64,000 bases of DNA from Gemmatimonadaceae bacterium (GTDB lineage Bacteria; Gemmatimonadota; Gemmatimonadetes; Gemmatimonadales; Gemmatimonadaceae), in assembly GCA_036508915.1 (NCBI GenBank), contig DATCGM010000044.1, forward strand, positions 1,096 through 65,095. The letters run 5' to 3'. Made by a program: the position numbers and the translations under genes. Positions 1 to 8,908 of the stretch are shown piece by piece (the stretch's first letter is position 1; the number at the start of each line of letters is the position of its first letter). The notes beneath the pieces are model-generated. The model was not told the DNA's origin and made no database searches. It was given only the letters and a program-made list of their open reading frames with translations.

Positions 1-1437
1 GGCGGCATCGAAATTCCTGACGCCGGCATACGGTTCGCGAAGATCGATGGAACGATCAACGTCGACGCAGCGCACGATTCGCTCACCGTCAATCGGCTGC
101 ATCTGACGACACCGGCGAGCGGAGGCGAGGCATCGCTGCAAGGGTCGGTGGTCTTCCGTGACGCGAAGAATCCGCGTCTCGACCTCAGGCTCGATGCGCG
201 AGGCATGCGCGCGCTGGACAAGCGCGGGCTCGCGCGTCTCGACGTCTCAACCGGCCCATCTGGACTCACGATGGCCGGCACTCCGGGCGCGGCGACTCTC
301 TCCGGCGCCGTGAATGTGGATCGCGGAACGATCTACATTCCCGATCTCATTCGCAAGCAGGTCGTTGACCTCACTCCTGAGGATTTCGCGCAGCTCTTCG
401 ACACGACCGACGTGCGCAATCGCTCGCTGATGCCGCAGCCGCCGAGCGCTCTCGTCGAACATCTTCGGCTGGACGGTGTCTCCGTGCATCTCGGCGACGA
501 CGTCTGGCTGCGCTCGCGCGAGGCGAGCATCAAGCTCGGGGGCACGCTCAACGTCACGCGCGCGCGCGACGATCGGGAGACGACGCGATCCACACTCGCG
601 CGCGACGCGCGCGGCGACTCGGCGCGCTACAGGCTCGCGCTCAGCGGAACGCTCAGCGCCGATCGCGGCACCTACACCCTCGATCTCACGGCGGTGCAGC
701 GCGAGTTTCAGGTACAGACTGGGCGCATCACCTTCTTCGGCACGCCCGATTTCAATCCGGAAATCGACGTGACCGCGCTGTACCAAGTGAAGCAGGGAAG
801 TCGCGCCGACATCGGCATCAAGGCGCGCATCCACGGGAATTTCTATCCGCAGCCGGCACTCGAGCTCTCGAGCACCGACGCGTATCTGTCGCCGTCCGAT
901 CTCGTGAGCTACCTCGTGACCGGTCGCCCGAGCTTCGCGCAGGGAGGGCTGGATGTCGCCGCGTCGCAGCGGGCGGTGGAGTTTGCGCTCCCGACCGTCA
1001 ATGCGGCGGTGAGCCGGGCGTTGCGCGACCAGCTCGGCGGCTTCGTCGATCTCATTCAGATTCAATCGGGCGCGGCGATCGATCCGCTCAGCGTGTCGTA
1101 CGGCACGGCGTCGAGCCCCTTCCGCAGCTTCCTCTACAGCACCCGTCTGGGCGGAGAGAAGCAGATCAAGGATCGGCTCTTTCTCAGCTTCAGCACCGGT
1201 CTCTGCCAGCTCCGCGGCAGTGAAGACACGTCGCAGCAAGGGCTCAGCGGCTTCGTGAACGCGATCGAGGGCAAGCTCGAGTACCGCTTTCCGATGCCGG
1301 CGCCCGATCTGCTCGCGCTGCGTGCCGGACGAGAGCCGGCGGCGAGCGCTCTCCGCTGCGGCGCGGAACCCGTGCGCGGATTTGTGGCGACGCCGCAGCA
1401 GTGGGGCATTTCCGTTTTCCGCGCCTGGGCGTTCTGA
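1..1437 (+). CDS. tamB: TamB-like translocation/assembly module protein, C-terminal part (5' end lies outside the window)
   Basis: Frame 1 is open from base 1, so the track ORF at 148 is only an internal GTG. The C-terminal region (GRITFFGTPDFNPEIDVTALYQV...SSTDAYLSPSDLVSYLVTGRPSF) resembles the DUF490/TamB C-terminal domain. Confidence 0.7.
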   Translation, partial: GGIEIPDAGIRFAKIDGTINVDAAHDSLTVNRLHLTTPASGGEASLQGSVVFRDAKNPRLDLRLDARGMRALDKRGLARLDVSTGPSGLTMAGTPGAATLSGAVNVDRGTIYIPDLIRKQVVDLTPEDFAQLFDTTDVRNRSLMPQPPSALVEHLRLDGVSVHLGDDVWLRSREASIKLGGTLNVTRARDDRETTRSTLARDARGDSARYRLALSGTLSADRGTYTLDLTAVQREFQVQTGRITFFGTPDFNPEIDVTALYQVKQGSRADIGIKARIHGNFYPQPALELSSTDAYLSPSDLVSYLVTGRPSFAQGGLDVAASQRAVEFALPTVNAAVSRALRDQLGGFVDLIQIQSGAAIDPLSVSYGTASSPFRSFLYSTRLGGEKQIKDRLFLSFSTGLCQLRGSEDTSQQGLSGFVNAIEGKLEYRFPMPAPDLLALRAGREPAASALRCGAEPVRGFVATPQQWGISVFRAWAF

Positions 1438-2321
1438 AGCACGCCCTGCTCATCGCGAACCCTGCATCGCGTCGCGGGGGGCAGTTCGTCGAGGAGGCGC
1501 GACAAGCGATCCTCGATGGAGGCGCCACGTGTGACGTCATGTTCACGGAGCGCGCAGGCCATGCGCGCGAGATCAGCCGGGCCCACGGACGCGACTACGA
1601 CGTCGTCTTCACGCTCGGTGGCGACGGCACCGCGATGGAGGTCGCCGGCTCGCTCGCCGGATCGGGTGTGCCGATCGGCGTGCTGCCCGGTGGCACTGGA
1701 AATCTCCTCGCGCGCGCTCTCGGCATTCCCAGAGACGTTCGACGCGCGGTTCCAGCTCTCCTGCATGGGGATGTTCGACAGATCGACCTCGGCGTGGTGC
1801 TTGGTCATCGCTTCGCGGTGGCAGCGGGAGTCGGCATCGACGCAGCGATGGTGGCCGAGACGCCAGCCTGGATGAAGAAGCGTCTTGGCGTGCTCGCGTA
1901 CACGATCATTGCGACCCGAGCGGCGCTGCGCGCCGTCGTCTTTCGTCGCTTCTTCCTGGCGCGCGTCGAGGTGGATGGTGAGATCATCGAGCGGCGCGCC
2001 GCCGCCGTGCTGTTCGCGAACTTCGGCGCGATTCTCGAGAACCGCATCGCGTTCGGACCCGACATCGTGGTAGACGACGGCATGCTCGACTGCTGCATCT
2101 TCTCGCCCTCGCATCTTTGGGACGCGATGCGCATCATGTGGCGTGTGACGCGACGGGACTTCCGGCCCGACCGCGCGTTACTATATAGAAAGGGGACGCG
2201 GTTTCGGATCGAGACCGTTCCCATTCTTCCGTTGCAGGCCGACGGTGAGCTGCTCGGCGTTACTCCCGCCGAGATCACGGTGGAGCCATTGGCCGCACAC
2301 CTACTTGTTCCGGGGCGCTGA
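1401..2321 (+). CDS. Diacylglycerol/lipid kinase family protein (YegS/BmrU type)
   Basis: Carries LLIANPASRRG, the GGDGT motif (TLGGDGTAMEV) and LPGGTGNLLARALGIP. The GTG start overlaps the tamB end, so the exact start is uncertain. Confidence 0.85.
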   Translation: MGHFRFPRLGVLKHALLIANPASRRGGQFVEEARQAILDGGATCDVMFTERAGHAREISRAHGRDYDVVFTLGGDGTAMEVAGSLAGSGVPIGVLPGGTGNLLARALGIPRDVRRAVPALLHGDVRQIDLGVVLGHRFAVAAGVGIDAAMVAETPAWMKKRLGVLAYTIIATRAALRAVVFRRFFLARVEVDGEIIERRAAAVLFANFGAILENRIAFGPDIVVDDGMLDCCIFSPSHLWDAMRIMWRVTRRDFRPDRALLYRKGTRFRIETVPILPLQADGELLGVTPAEITVEPLAAHLLVPGR

Positions 2322-5300
2322 TTGGAGGCAGTGCATCAGCTTCAGCAGGAGCGCGACCACCTGCTGCTCCTTCACGAGGTGCTGAGCGACGTCGAGCGCG
2401 CGCCGTCGATGGAGGCGAGGCTTCGGGTGTTCGTGGAGGTGATCCGGCGTGTCGGATTCGGCCGCGTCACCATCACGCTGCGCGACGCGGAGCTCAATGC
2501 AACGACGATCGTCACGGCCGGACTCGCGCCCGAGGATGACGCACGGCTCCGTGCTGCGCCCGTACCGGGTGAAGTCTGGAAGCGTCGTCTCGCGTCGATC
2601 GAACGATTCAGGATCAGCAACTCGTACTATCTCGACGGCCGCGATCCCTGGGTGATCACGGAGTTCGGCGGAGGGTTGGCGAGCACGCTCGCGCCGAGTG
2701 ACGATCCGCTCTGGTCGCCGCACGATACCCTCCTCGTACCGCTGCGCAGTGCAAGTGGCACTCTCATCGCCACGCTCGTGCTCGACGACCCAGCCGATCG
2801 TCGCCGGCCGACGCTCACGCGCATTCGCACCGTGGAGCTCTTCGCGCAGCAGGTCGCGGGTATGCTCGAGCACGCATCGCTGATGGAACTCTCGGAGCGC
2901 CGCGCGCTCCGGCTACAGAGCCTGCACGAGGTGGGCTCGCTTCTCGTGCGCTCGCTCGACGAACCGACGATTCTTCGTTCGCTCGCGGCGCAGATCGAGG
3001 CCGTTCTCCCGGTCGATACGGTCGTCGTGCTGACGACGGACGACGCAGGCGCGCCCTGGCCCCGCATGCTTCGACGCGACGGGGAGGAGCTCGACGAGAT
3101 ATTCACACCATCTCCGCTCCGTGCTCTCGCGGAGCGGGCCGCGAACGAGCAGCATCCCGCACACGACGGGAGTGCATTCGCCGTTCCCTCCGTCCTCGGC
3201 CCGGCTACCATCGGCGTCATCGTGGTCGACTCATCGAACGGGGTGCCGCTCGACGCCGCGGATGCCGATCTGCTGCTGACGATTGGCGCGCAGGCGGCCG
3301 CGGCGATCAGCAATGCGCGCCTGTACGCCGAGAGCCTTCGCCAGCGCAGACAGACCGAGGCACTTGCCGACGTCGTGCGCGTGGTCGGGGAATCGCTGCG
3401 CATCGATCGCGTGCTGCCGCTCATCCTCCGGCATGCCACGGCGCTCCTTCGCACCGATGGAGCGATGATCGCACTGCTCCGCGGTGATTCCCTCGAGATC
3501 ACGGCCGGAGTGGGTGTCGGAAAGCCCCTCGTTGGCAGCCGACTGCCGCTGCACGGCAGCATGAGTGGCCGCGCGGTGCGCTCGGCGTCGAGCATCATCA
3601 GGGACGATGTGCGCGACGACCCCGATGACTTTGTGCCGAACGTCGCCATGGCGCAGGTTCGGAACGCGATCATCGTGCCGCTCCTTTCGGTGCAGGGACC
3701 GGTGGGCGCGCTCTCCGTGTTCAACCGCGCCGCGCCATTCACCGATGACGACGCCGAGCTCCTGCAACGCCTCGCCGATCAGGTGTCTGTCGCCGTCGTG
3801 AATGCGCGGCTGTTCGAGGAGGTTGCCGAAGCGACGCGAGAGTGGGCGGTGGCCTTCGACTCGATCGGAAGCGGGATGGTGCTACTGGACAAGCGCGGCC
3901 GTATTCAGCGAACGAATGCGCAGGCACGGGCGTTGATGGACGTTGCCTCCGAGGACACCATCCTCGGACGCGACTTTCATGCGGCGCTGTTCGGTGACGA
4001 CGCGCCCTGCGAGCAATGCGTCCACCTCGCCGCGATCGCCGAGGGCACCGTGAAGCGTGGCGCGCACGACGACAAGGCGCGCGGCCGAGTCTTCAACATG
4101 ACCGCGGCACCGCACCCGCTTGGGGGAGCGGTCGTCACCTTCGACGACGTCACCGAGCATCGATCGCTGGCGGAGCGGCATCGCCTCGTCGTGGAAACAT
4201 CGCGCGACGCGATCGTCATCACCGACCGCGATCGGAAGATCATCTTCGCGAATCCGGCCGCCCACGATCTGCTCGCGCGCGGCCCGGACCTGATCGGGCT
4301 GCCGGTCGCGCGCGCGGTGCCGGAAGATCAACGCGCCAACGTGCGTGAGCGCGAAGACAAGGCGCTGGCGGGCGAGCCGCAGAACTACGAAGGGATGGTC
4401 GTCCGTCCTGACGGCGATCGGCGCATCGTCGCGATCGCGACTGCTCCGCTCCGCGAGCTGGGCCAGGTGACGGGAATTGTCGCCTCGCTTCGCGACGTCA
4501 CCGATGAGCGGCGCGCGCGCGACGCCGTGGCACAGTCGGAGAGCCGCTATAGAAATCTCTTCGAGTCAGCGAGCGACGCGATCTACACGCTGGACGTTCA
4601 CGGATCATTTACCTCCGTGAACCAGGCGACCTGCGAGCTGACTGGGCTATCGCGCGATTCGCTGCTCGGCCATAGCTCGCGTCCCTTGATCGATGAGGAC
4701 GACACGGACGTCATGATCGAGCAGTTTCAGCATGCGCTCAATGGCAGCGCCGTTCGATACGAGGGCAGCATCCGGCGGCCCGACGGTGAGCGTCGCATGC
4801 TCTCCGTGACCAACACGCCCATCCGGCGCGGAGACAAGATCGTCGGCGTGCTGGGTGTGGCGCGCGATGTCACCGAGACCCGTGCGCGCGCCATCGCGCT
4901 CGAGCGCTCCGAGGCGCGCTATACGAGGCTCGTCGAATCGGCGTCGGACGCGATTTTCACCGTGGACGAGCAGGGTCGCTTCACGGCGGTCAACCGGTCG
5001 CTCGAACTGTCCGTCGGGCGCGAGCGCGACTCGCTGATCGGCGCGCGATTCTCGGATCTCGTCGATTCGCGAGATCTTGCCGCCGCAGAGCGTCTGTTCC
5101 GCGAGACATACGCTGGCGAGCGATCACGCGGTGCCGTACGCTATCGCGGCGTAGATGGCGACGTGCGGCAGGGGTCGGTGATCACCTCGCCCGTGCGGGA
5201 GGGCGAGCGAATCGTCGGCGTGCTCGGCATCCTGCGCGACGTCACGGACGAGCAGCGCCTGGCGGAGCAGCTCCTTCAGCAGGAGAAGCTCGTGGCCGTT

Positions 5301-6380
5301 GGCCAGCTCGTGAGCGGAGTCGCTCATGAATTGAACAACCCGCTCGCCGGCGTGCTGGCGTTCGCGCAGCTCTTGCTTGCGTCGCCAATCCCCCTCGACG
5401 ACGAGCCGCGCCAGGCGGTGGAAACGATTCACCGCGAGGCCAAGCGCGCAGCGAAGATCGTGTCGAGCCTGCTCACCTTCGCGCGGCAACAGCCAACCGA
5501 GCGCGCGGCGGCTCAGTTGAACGACATCGTCACCGACACCCTCGAGTTGCGCCGCTACGCGCTGCGCACGGCCGGGGTCGAGGTCACTCTCGATCTGGAT
5601 GCGGCGCTGCCGGCCACGTGGGCCGATCCGTTCCAGCTGCAGCAGGTCGTGCTCAATCTGCTCGTGAACGCCGAGCAGGCGCTCGCCGAGATGGACGCCG
5701 ATCGCCAGATCCGGATTCGCACCGCGCGCGAGGGTGGAGGATCCCAGATCGTGTTCGCTGTCTCGGACAACGGGCCGGGCATCGCCCGCGAGCAGCTCGA
5801 CCGCATCTTCAATCCATTCTTCACCACGAAGCCGGTGGGGCAGGGGACGGGGCTCGGACTCTCGATCTCGGTTGGCATCATCCACGAGCTCGGCGGGCGG
5901 ATTCGCGTGGATTCCACGCCCGGTTCGGGGGCGACCTTCATCGTCGAGATGCCGTACCTCGTGCCACCCGATGGCGCACGGACGGAAGATTCGCCGCATG
6001 ACGGGGGGAGCGCTGGAGCGCGACGAATGTTGGTTGTGGACGACGAGCCGGCGATGCGCGCGGCAGTCTCGGGGTTCCTCCGGTCGCTTGGCCACCGGGT
6101 GCAGGTAGCATCCAATGGTGCGGAAGCACGGGCGCTTCTGGCGACAAGCGAGTATGATGTGGTGCTGCTCAATCTTCGAATGCCCGACCTGAGCGGGGAG
6201 ACGCTCTACCGCGAGCTCTGTCAGAAGGACCCGCGGCACGCGCGCCGAGTGGTGTTCGTGACGGGGGACCTGCAAAGTGCTGCTGCACGGCGCTTTCTCA
6301 CCGACGCTGGACGGCCGGTGATCGCGAAACCCTTTCAATTGGACGACCTCGCTGCCGTTCTTGCGAGCGTGACGAACTGA
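2322..6380 (+). CDS. Large hybrid sensor histidine kinase: GAF domains, several PAS domains, HisKA, HATPase and a C-terminal receiver-like domain
   Basis: 1352 aa. H-box VSGVAHELNNPLAGV and G-box GQGTGLGLSISVGIIHELGG. PAS repeats recur, each followed by LRDVTE-type ends. The C-terminal REC-like segment reads MLVVDDEP...VVLLNLRMPDLSG...IAKPF. Start is TTG at 2322 or GTG at 2331. Confidence 0.9.
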   Translation: MEAVHQLQQERDHLLLLHEVLSDVERAPSMEARLRVFVEVIRRVGFGRVTITLRDAELNATTIVTAGLAPEDDARLRAAPVPGEVWKRRLASIERFRISNSYYLDGRDPWVITEFGGGLASTLAPSDDPLWSPHDTLLVPLRSASGTLIATLVLDDPADRRRPTLTRIRTVELFAQQVAGMLEHASLMELSERRALRLQSLHEVGSLLVRSLDEPTILRSLAAQIEAVLPVDTVVVLTTDDAGAPWPRMLRRDGEELDEIFTPSPLRALAERAANEQHPAHDGSAFAVPSVLGPATIGVIVVDSSNGVPLDAADADLLLTIGAQAAAAISNARLYAESLRQRRQTEALADVVRVVGESLRIDRVLPLILRHATALLRTDGAMIALLRGDSLEITAGVGVGKPLVGSRLPLHGSMSGRAVRSASSIIRDDVRDDPDDFVPNVAMAQVRNAIIVPLLSVQGPVGALSVFNRAAPFTDDDAELLQRLADQVSVAVVNARLFEEVAEATREWAVAFDSIGSGMVLLDKRGRIQRTNAQARALMDVASEDTILGRDFHAALFGDDAPCEQCVHLAAIAEGTVKRGAHDDKARGRVFNMTAAPHPLGGAVVTFDDVTEHRSLAERHRLVVETSRDAIVITDRDRKIIFANPAAHDLLARGPDLIGLPVARAVPEDQRANVREREDKALAGEPQNYEGMVVRPDGDRRIVAIATAPLRELGQVTGIVASLRDVTDERRARDAVAQSESRYRNLFESASDAIYTLDVHGSFTSVNQATCELTGLSRDSLLGHSSRPLIDEDDTDVMIEQFQHALNGSAVRYEGSIRRPDGERRMLSVTNTPIRRGDKIVGVLGVARDVTETRARAIALERSEARYTRLVESASDAIFTVDEQGRFTAVNRSLELSVGRERDSLIGARFSDLVDSRDLAAAERLFRETYAGERSRGAVRYRGVDGDVRQGSVITSPVREGERIVGVLGILRDVTDEQRLAEQLLQQEKLVAVGQLVSGVAHELNNPLAGVLAFAQLLLASPIPLDDEPRQAVETIHREAKRAAKIVSSLLTFARQQPTERAAAQLNDIVTDTLELRRYALRTAGVEVTLDLDAALPATWADPFQLQQVVLNLLVNAEQALAEMDADRQIRIRTAREGGGSQIVFAVSDNGPGIAREQLDRIFNPFFTTKPVGQGTGLGLSISVGIIHELGGRIRVDSTPGSGATFIVEMPYLVPPDGARTEDSPHDGGSAGARRMLVVDDEPAMRAAVSGFLRSLGHRVQVASNGAEARALLATSEYDVVLLNLRMPDLSGETLYRELCQKDPRHARRVVFVTGDLQSAAARRFLTDAGRPVIAKPFQLDDLAAVLASVTN

Positions 6381-7750
6381 TGGCGAAAATTCTCATCGTC
6401 GACGACGAACCAGACATCTGCTCGGCACTCAGCCGCTTCTTCGCGCACTCGGGGCACGACGTGCTGTGCGCCGGAACCGGCGAGGAGGCAGTGATGCTCG
6501 TGCAGACCGAGCGTCCCGCTGTCGTCCTGCTCGATCTCTTCCTGCCGGACATCTCCGGGTTCGAGGTGTTGGAGCGCACGCGTGAAGAGCGTCCCGTGAT
6601 CATCATGATCACCGGGCATGGAGACGTTCCGGCCGCCGTGCACGCGATGCAGGCCGGCGCCGAGGGATTTCTCACGAAGCCGGTGGAGCTGATGCACCTC
6701 GGCGCCGTGGTGGATCGCGCGCTCGAGAAGGCGCAGCTCCGCGAGTTGGGCCGTGCCGCGCTCGCTCGCAACGCGCGCACGACGGCCGATATGCTGCTCG
6801 GATCGTCGTCGCCGATGCGAGAGCTCGCCGAGCAGATTGAACTGCTCGCGCGGAGCGAGCGCACAGTGGCGCTTATCGTTGGCGAGAACGGGGTGGGCAA
6901 AGCGCGCGTAGCGCGCGCCATCCACGCGCTCAGTCCGCGCGCGGGACGACCCTTTCACGAGCTCGCCTGCGGCCTGCGCCCGATCGAGCTGTTCGACGCA
7001 GAGCTTTTTGGCGTCGAAGCGAGACAGGGCGGGCCGCTTCCCGGGATGTTCGAAGCGGCGGAGGGCGGTACGCTCTTTCTCGACGAGATATCCGACCTGC
7101 CCCCGATTCTGCAGCCGACGTTGCTCCGCGCTCTCGAGGCGCGGCGCGTACGCCGCACCGGCGGCACGCGCGAGATTCCGATCGACGTGCGTCTCATCGC
7201 GGCGACGGTGCGCGATCTCGCCACCGAGGTGACGGAGCAACGCTTCCGCGAAGATCTGTACTATCGCCTCGGTGTGATGCCGCTCTATCTGCCGCCGCTT
7301 CGTGCGCGCCCGCCCGAGGATCTGAGCGAGACTGTCGTGGCGCTCGTTGCCGAGCTTCGGCGCGGACTTCCCGACTCGCCGCATCGGGTGAGCGAAGAGG
7401 CGCTCGAGGTCATCGGGCGCTATCCATGGCCCGGCAACATTCGGGAGTTGCGCAACGTGCTCGAGCGGGCTCTGATTCTGGCGCGCGGCGAGAGTGCCGT
7501 CGGCGTGGCCAATCTCCCCGCCGAAGTGCGCGGCATCGGACACGACGCATCTCTGCCGCATGTGTCGCGGTCGCTGGCCGACGTGGAGCGACGCCACATC
7601 GAGCGCACGCTTCGCGCGCACGCAGGCAACCGTACCCGCGCGGCACGCGAGCTCGGCATCTCGCGCGCGACGCTCATCAAGAAGATCCGGGAGTTCGGTC
7701 TCGGCCAACGGCCGAGCGCGACGGCTGCCGGTCGAGAGGAGGCAACATGA
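6380..7750 (+). CDS. NtrC-family response regulator (REC + AAA+ + Fis-type HTH) with no recognisable GAFTGA loop
   Basis: REC with VVLLDLFLPDISG, Walker A GENGVGKA, Walker B TLFLDEI, then WPGNIRELRN and a C-terminal HTH (AARELGISRATLIKKI). Its ATG overlaps the kinase stop (TGATG). Confidence 0.9.
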   Translation: MAKILIVDDEPDICSALSRFFAHSGHDVLCAGTGEEAVMLVQTERPAVVLLDLFLPDISGFEVLERTREERPVIIMITGHGDVPAAVHAMQAGAEGFLTKPVELMHLGAVVDRALEKAQLRELGRAALARNARTTADMLLGSSSPMRELAEQIELLARSERTVALIVGENGVGKARVARAIHALSPRAGRPFHELACGLRPIELFDAELFGVEARQGGPLPGMFEAAEGGTLFLDEISDLPPILQPTLLRALEARRVRRTGGTREIPIDVRLIAATVRDLATEVTEQRFREDLYYRLGVMPLYLPPLRARPPEDLSETVVALVAELRRGLPDSPHRVSEEALEVIGRYPWPGNIRELRNVLERALILARGESAVGVANLPAEVRGIGHDASLPHVSRSLADVERRHIERTLRAHAGNRTRAARELGISRATLIKKIREFGLGQRPSATAAGREEAT

Positions 7751-7932
7751 CGGATCTGCGCGAACGTGACGCCATGATTTGCCGCGCCTGCGGCAATGAG
7801 GAGCGCGCGTCCGAGGGCTATCCCTGCATGAAGTGCGGCACGTTCATCTGTGTGATCTGCAACATTCGCGGCGTCATCAAGTGCCGCGCCTGTACGGACG
7901 CCGAGATTCCGACGCCGAAATGGCTCGACTAG
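7747..7932 (+). CDS. Small (61 aa) cysteine-rich zinc-ribbon-like protein
   Basis: MTDLRERDAMICRACGNEERASEGYPCMKCGTFICVICNIRGVIKCRACTDAEIPTPKWLD contains four CxxC pairs. The ATG overlaps the regulator stop (ATGA), and a GGAGG Shine-Dalgarno sequence lies about 5 nt upstream. Confidence 0.6.
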   Translation: MTDLRERDAMICRACGNEERASEGYPCMKCGTFICVICNIRGVIKCRACTDAEIPTPKWLD

Positions 7933-7948
7933 CGACGCCGGTCGCTCG

Positions 7949-8908
7949 GTGACGTCGTTCGCTGCGTGCGGACTCGCCGTCGGTCATGCGACGGATGTCG
8001 AGGGCGCGACAGGGTGCACCGTCGTACGTGGCGTGGATGCGCCATTTCTCTGCGGCGTCTACGTCGTCGGTCGCGCGACAGGCACGCGCGAACTCGCCGT
8101 GCTGGATCCCGCACACCTCGTGAGTCGCGTCGATGCCATCTTCCTCTCCGGCGGATCGGCATACGGGCTCGATGCGGCCGCTGGCGTGATGCGGTGGATG
8201 GAGGAGCGCGGTCGTGGGTTCCCCGTCGGCCAGGGCGTCGTCCCGATCGTTCCCGGCGCGGTGATCTTCGATCTTGCGCCACTCGGCCGCTTCGACGCGC
8301 GACCCACTCCAGCGATGGCGTACGAAGCCTGCGAGAGCGCGACACCCGGCGAGGTGCCGGAAGGGTCGGTCGGCGCCGGCACCGGCGCGACGGTTGGAAA
8401 GATCGCGGGCCCAGTCAACGCGATGAAGGGCGGAGTCGGTGTGGGAGAAGCACATGCGGGCGCGGCGCAGGTGCGCGCGCTCGCCGTCGTCAATGCACTG
8501 GGCGACGTTCGCGACGCATCGGGCGCGATAATCGCCGGTGCGCGCGACCCCGAGAAGCGCTGGCTGAACAGCGAGGCGTGGATCGCGCTCGGTGATGACG
8601 GCCCCCCGCCGCTGCGCTTCGATACGCTCGCCGGCCGCAATACCACGCTCTGCGTCGTCAGCACGAACGCCAATCTCAGTCGCGTACAGGTCGGTGCGTT
8701 GGCGCGCGCCGCCAGCGCGGCGCTCTATCGTCGCATCACGCCAGTCGGCACGGCATTCGACGGCGACGTCGTATTCGCCACCGCGCCAACGCAGGACGGG
8801 GTGAAGGCGTCGCCCGCGCAGGTAGAGGCGCTCGCCGTGCTCGCACTCGAGCGCGCGATCGAGCGCGCTGTGCGGACGCATGCGCCGGGAGACATCTTTC
8901 AGGAATGA
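7949..8908 (+). CDS. P1/S58 family peptidase (DmpA-like aminopeptidase)
   Basis: The N-terminus GLAVGHATDVEGATGCTVV and the overall Gly/Ala-rich pattern are typical of DmpA/peptidase S58. GTG start. Confidence 0.75.
   Translation: MTSFAACGLAVGHATDVEGATGCTVVRGVDAPFLCGVYVVGRATGTRELAVLDPAHLVSRVDAIFLSGGSAYGLDAAAGVMRWMEERGRGFPVGQGVVPIVPGAVIFDLAPLGRFDARPTPAMAYEACESATPGEVPEGSVGAGTGATVGKIAGPVNAMKGGVGVGEAHAGAAQVRALAVVNALGDVRDASGAIIAGARDPEKRWLNSEAWIALGDDGPPPLRFDTLAGRNTTLCVVSTNANLSRVQVGALARAASAALYRRITPVGTAFDGDVVFATAPTQDGVKASPAQVEALAVLALERAIERAVRTHAPGDIFQE

Noticed and set aside
247-1239. 330-aa antisense ORF inside the TamB-like gene. Many similar long ORFs oppose or shadow real genes, for example 2627..3742(-), 5124..6338(-), 6335..7708(-), 7877..8992(-), 11123..12682(-), 15024..16271(-), 20871..21893(+), 26240..27667(-), 26308..27522(+), 27609..28721(+), 30051..31007(+), 47102..48649(+), 47827..49548(-), 61095..62144(-) and 61226..62653(-).
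   Set aside because: Their translations are Arg/Ala/Gly/Pro-rich and low in complexity, with no recognisable motifs. Each fully overlaps a gene with clear family signatures. This is the expected shadow-ORF behaviour of ~68% GC DNA.
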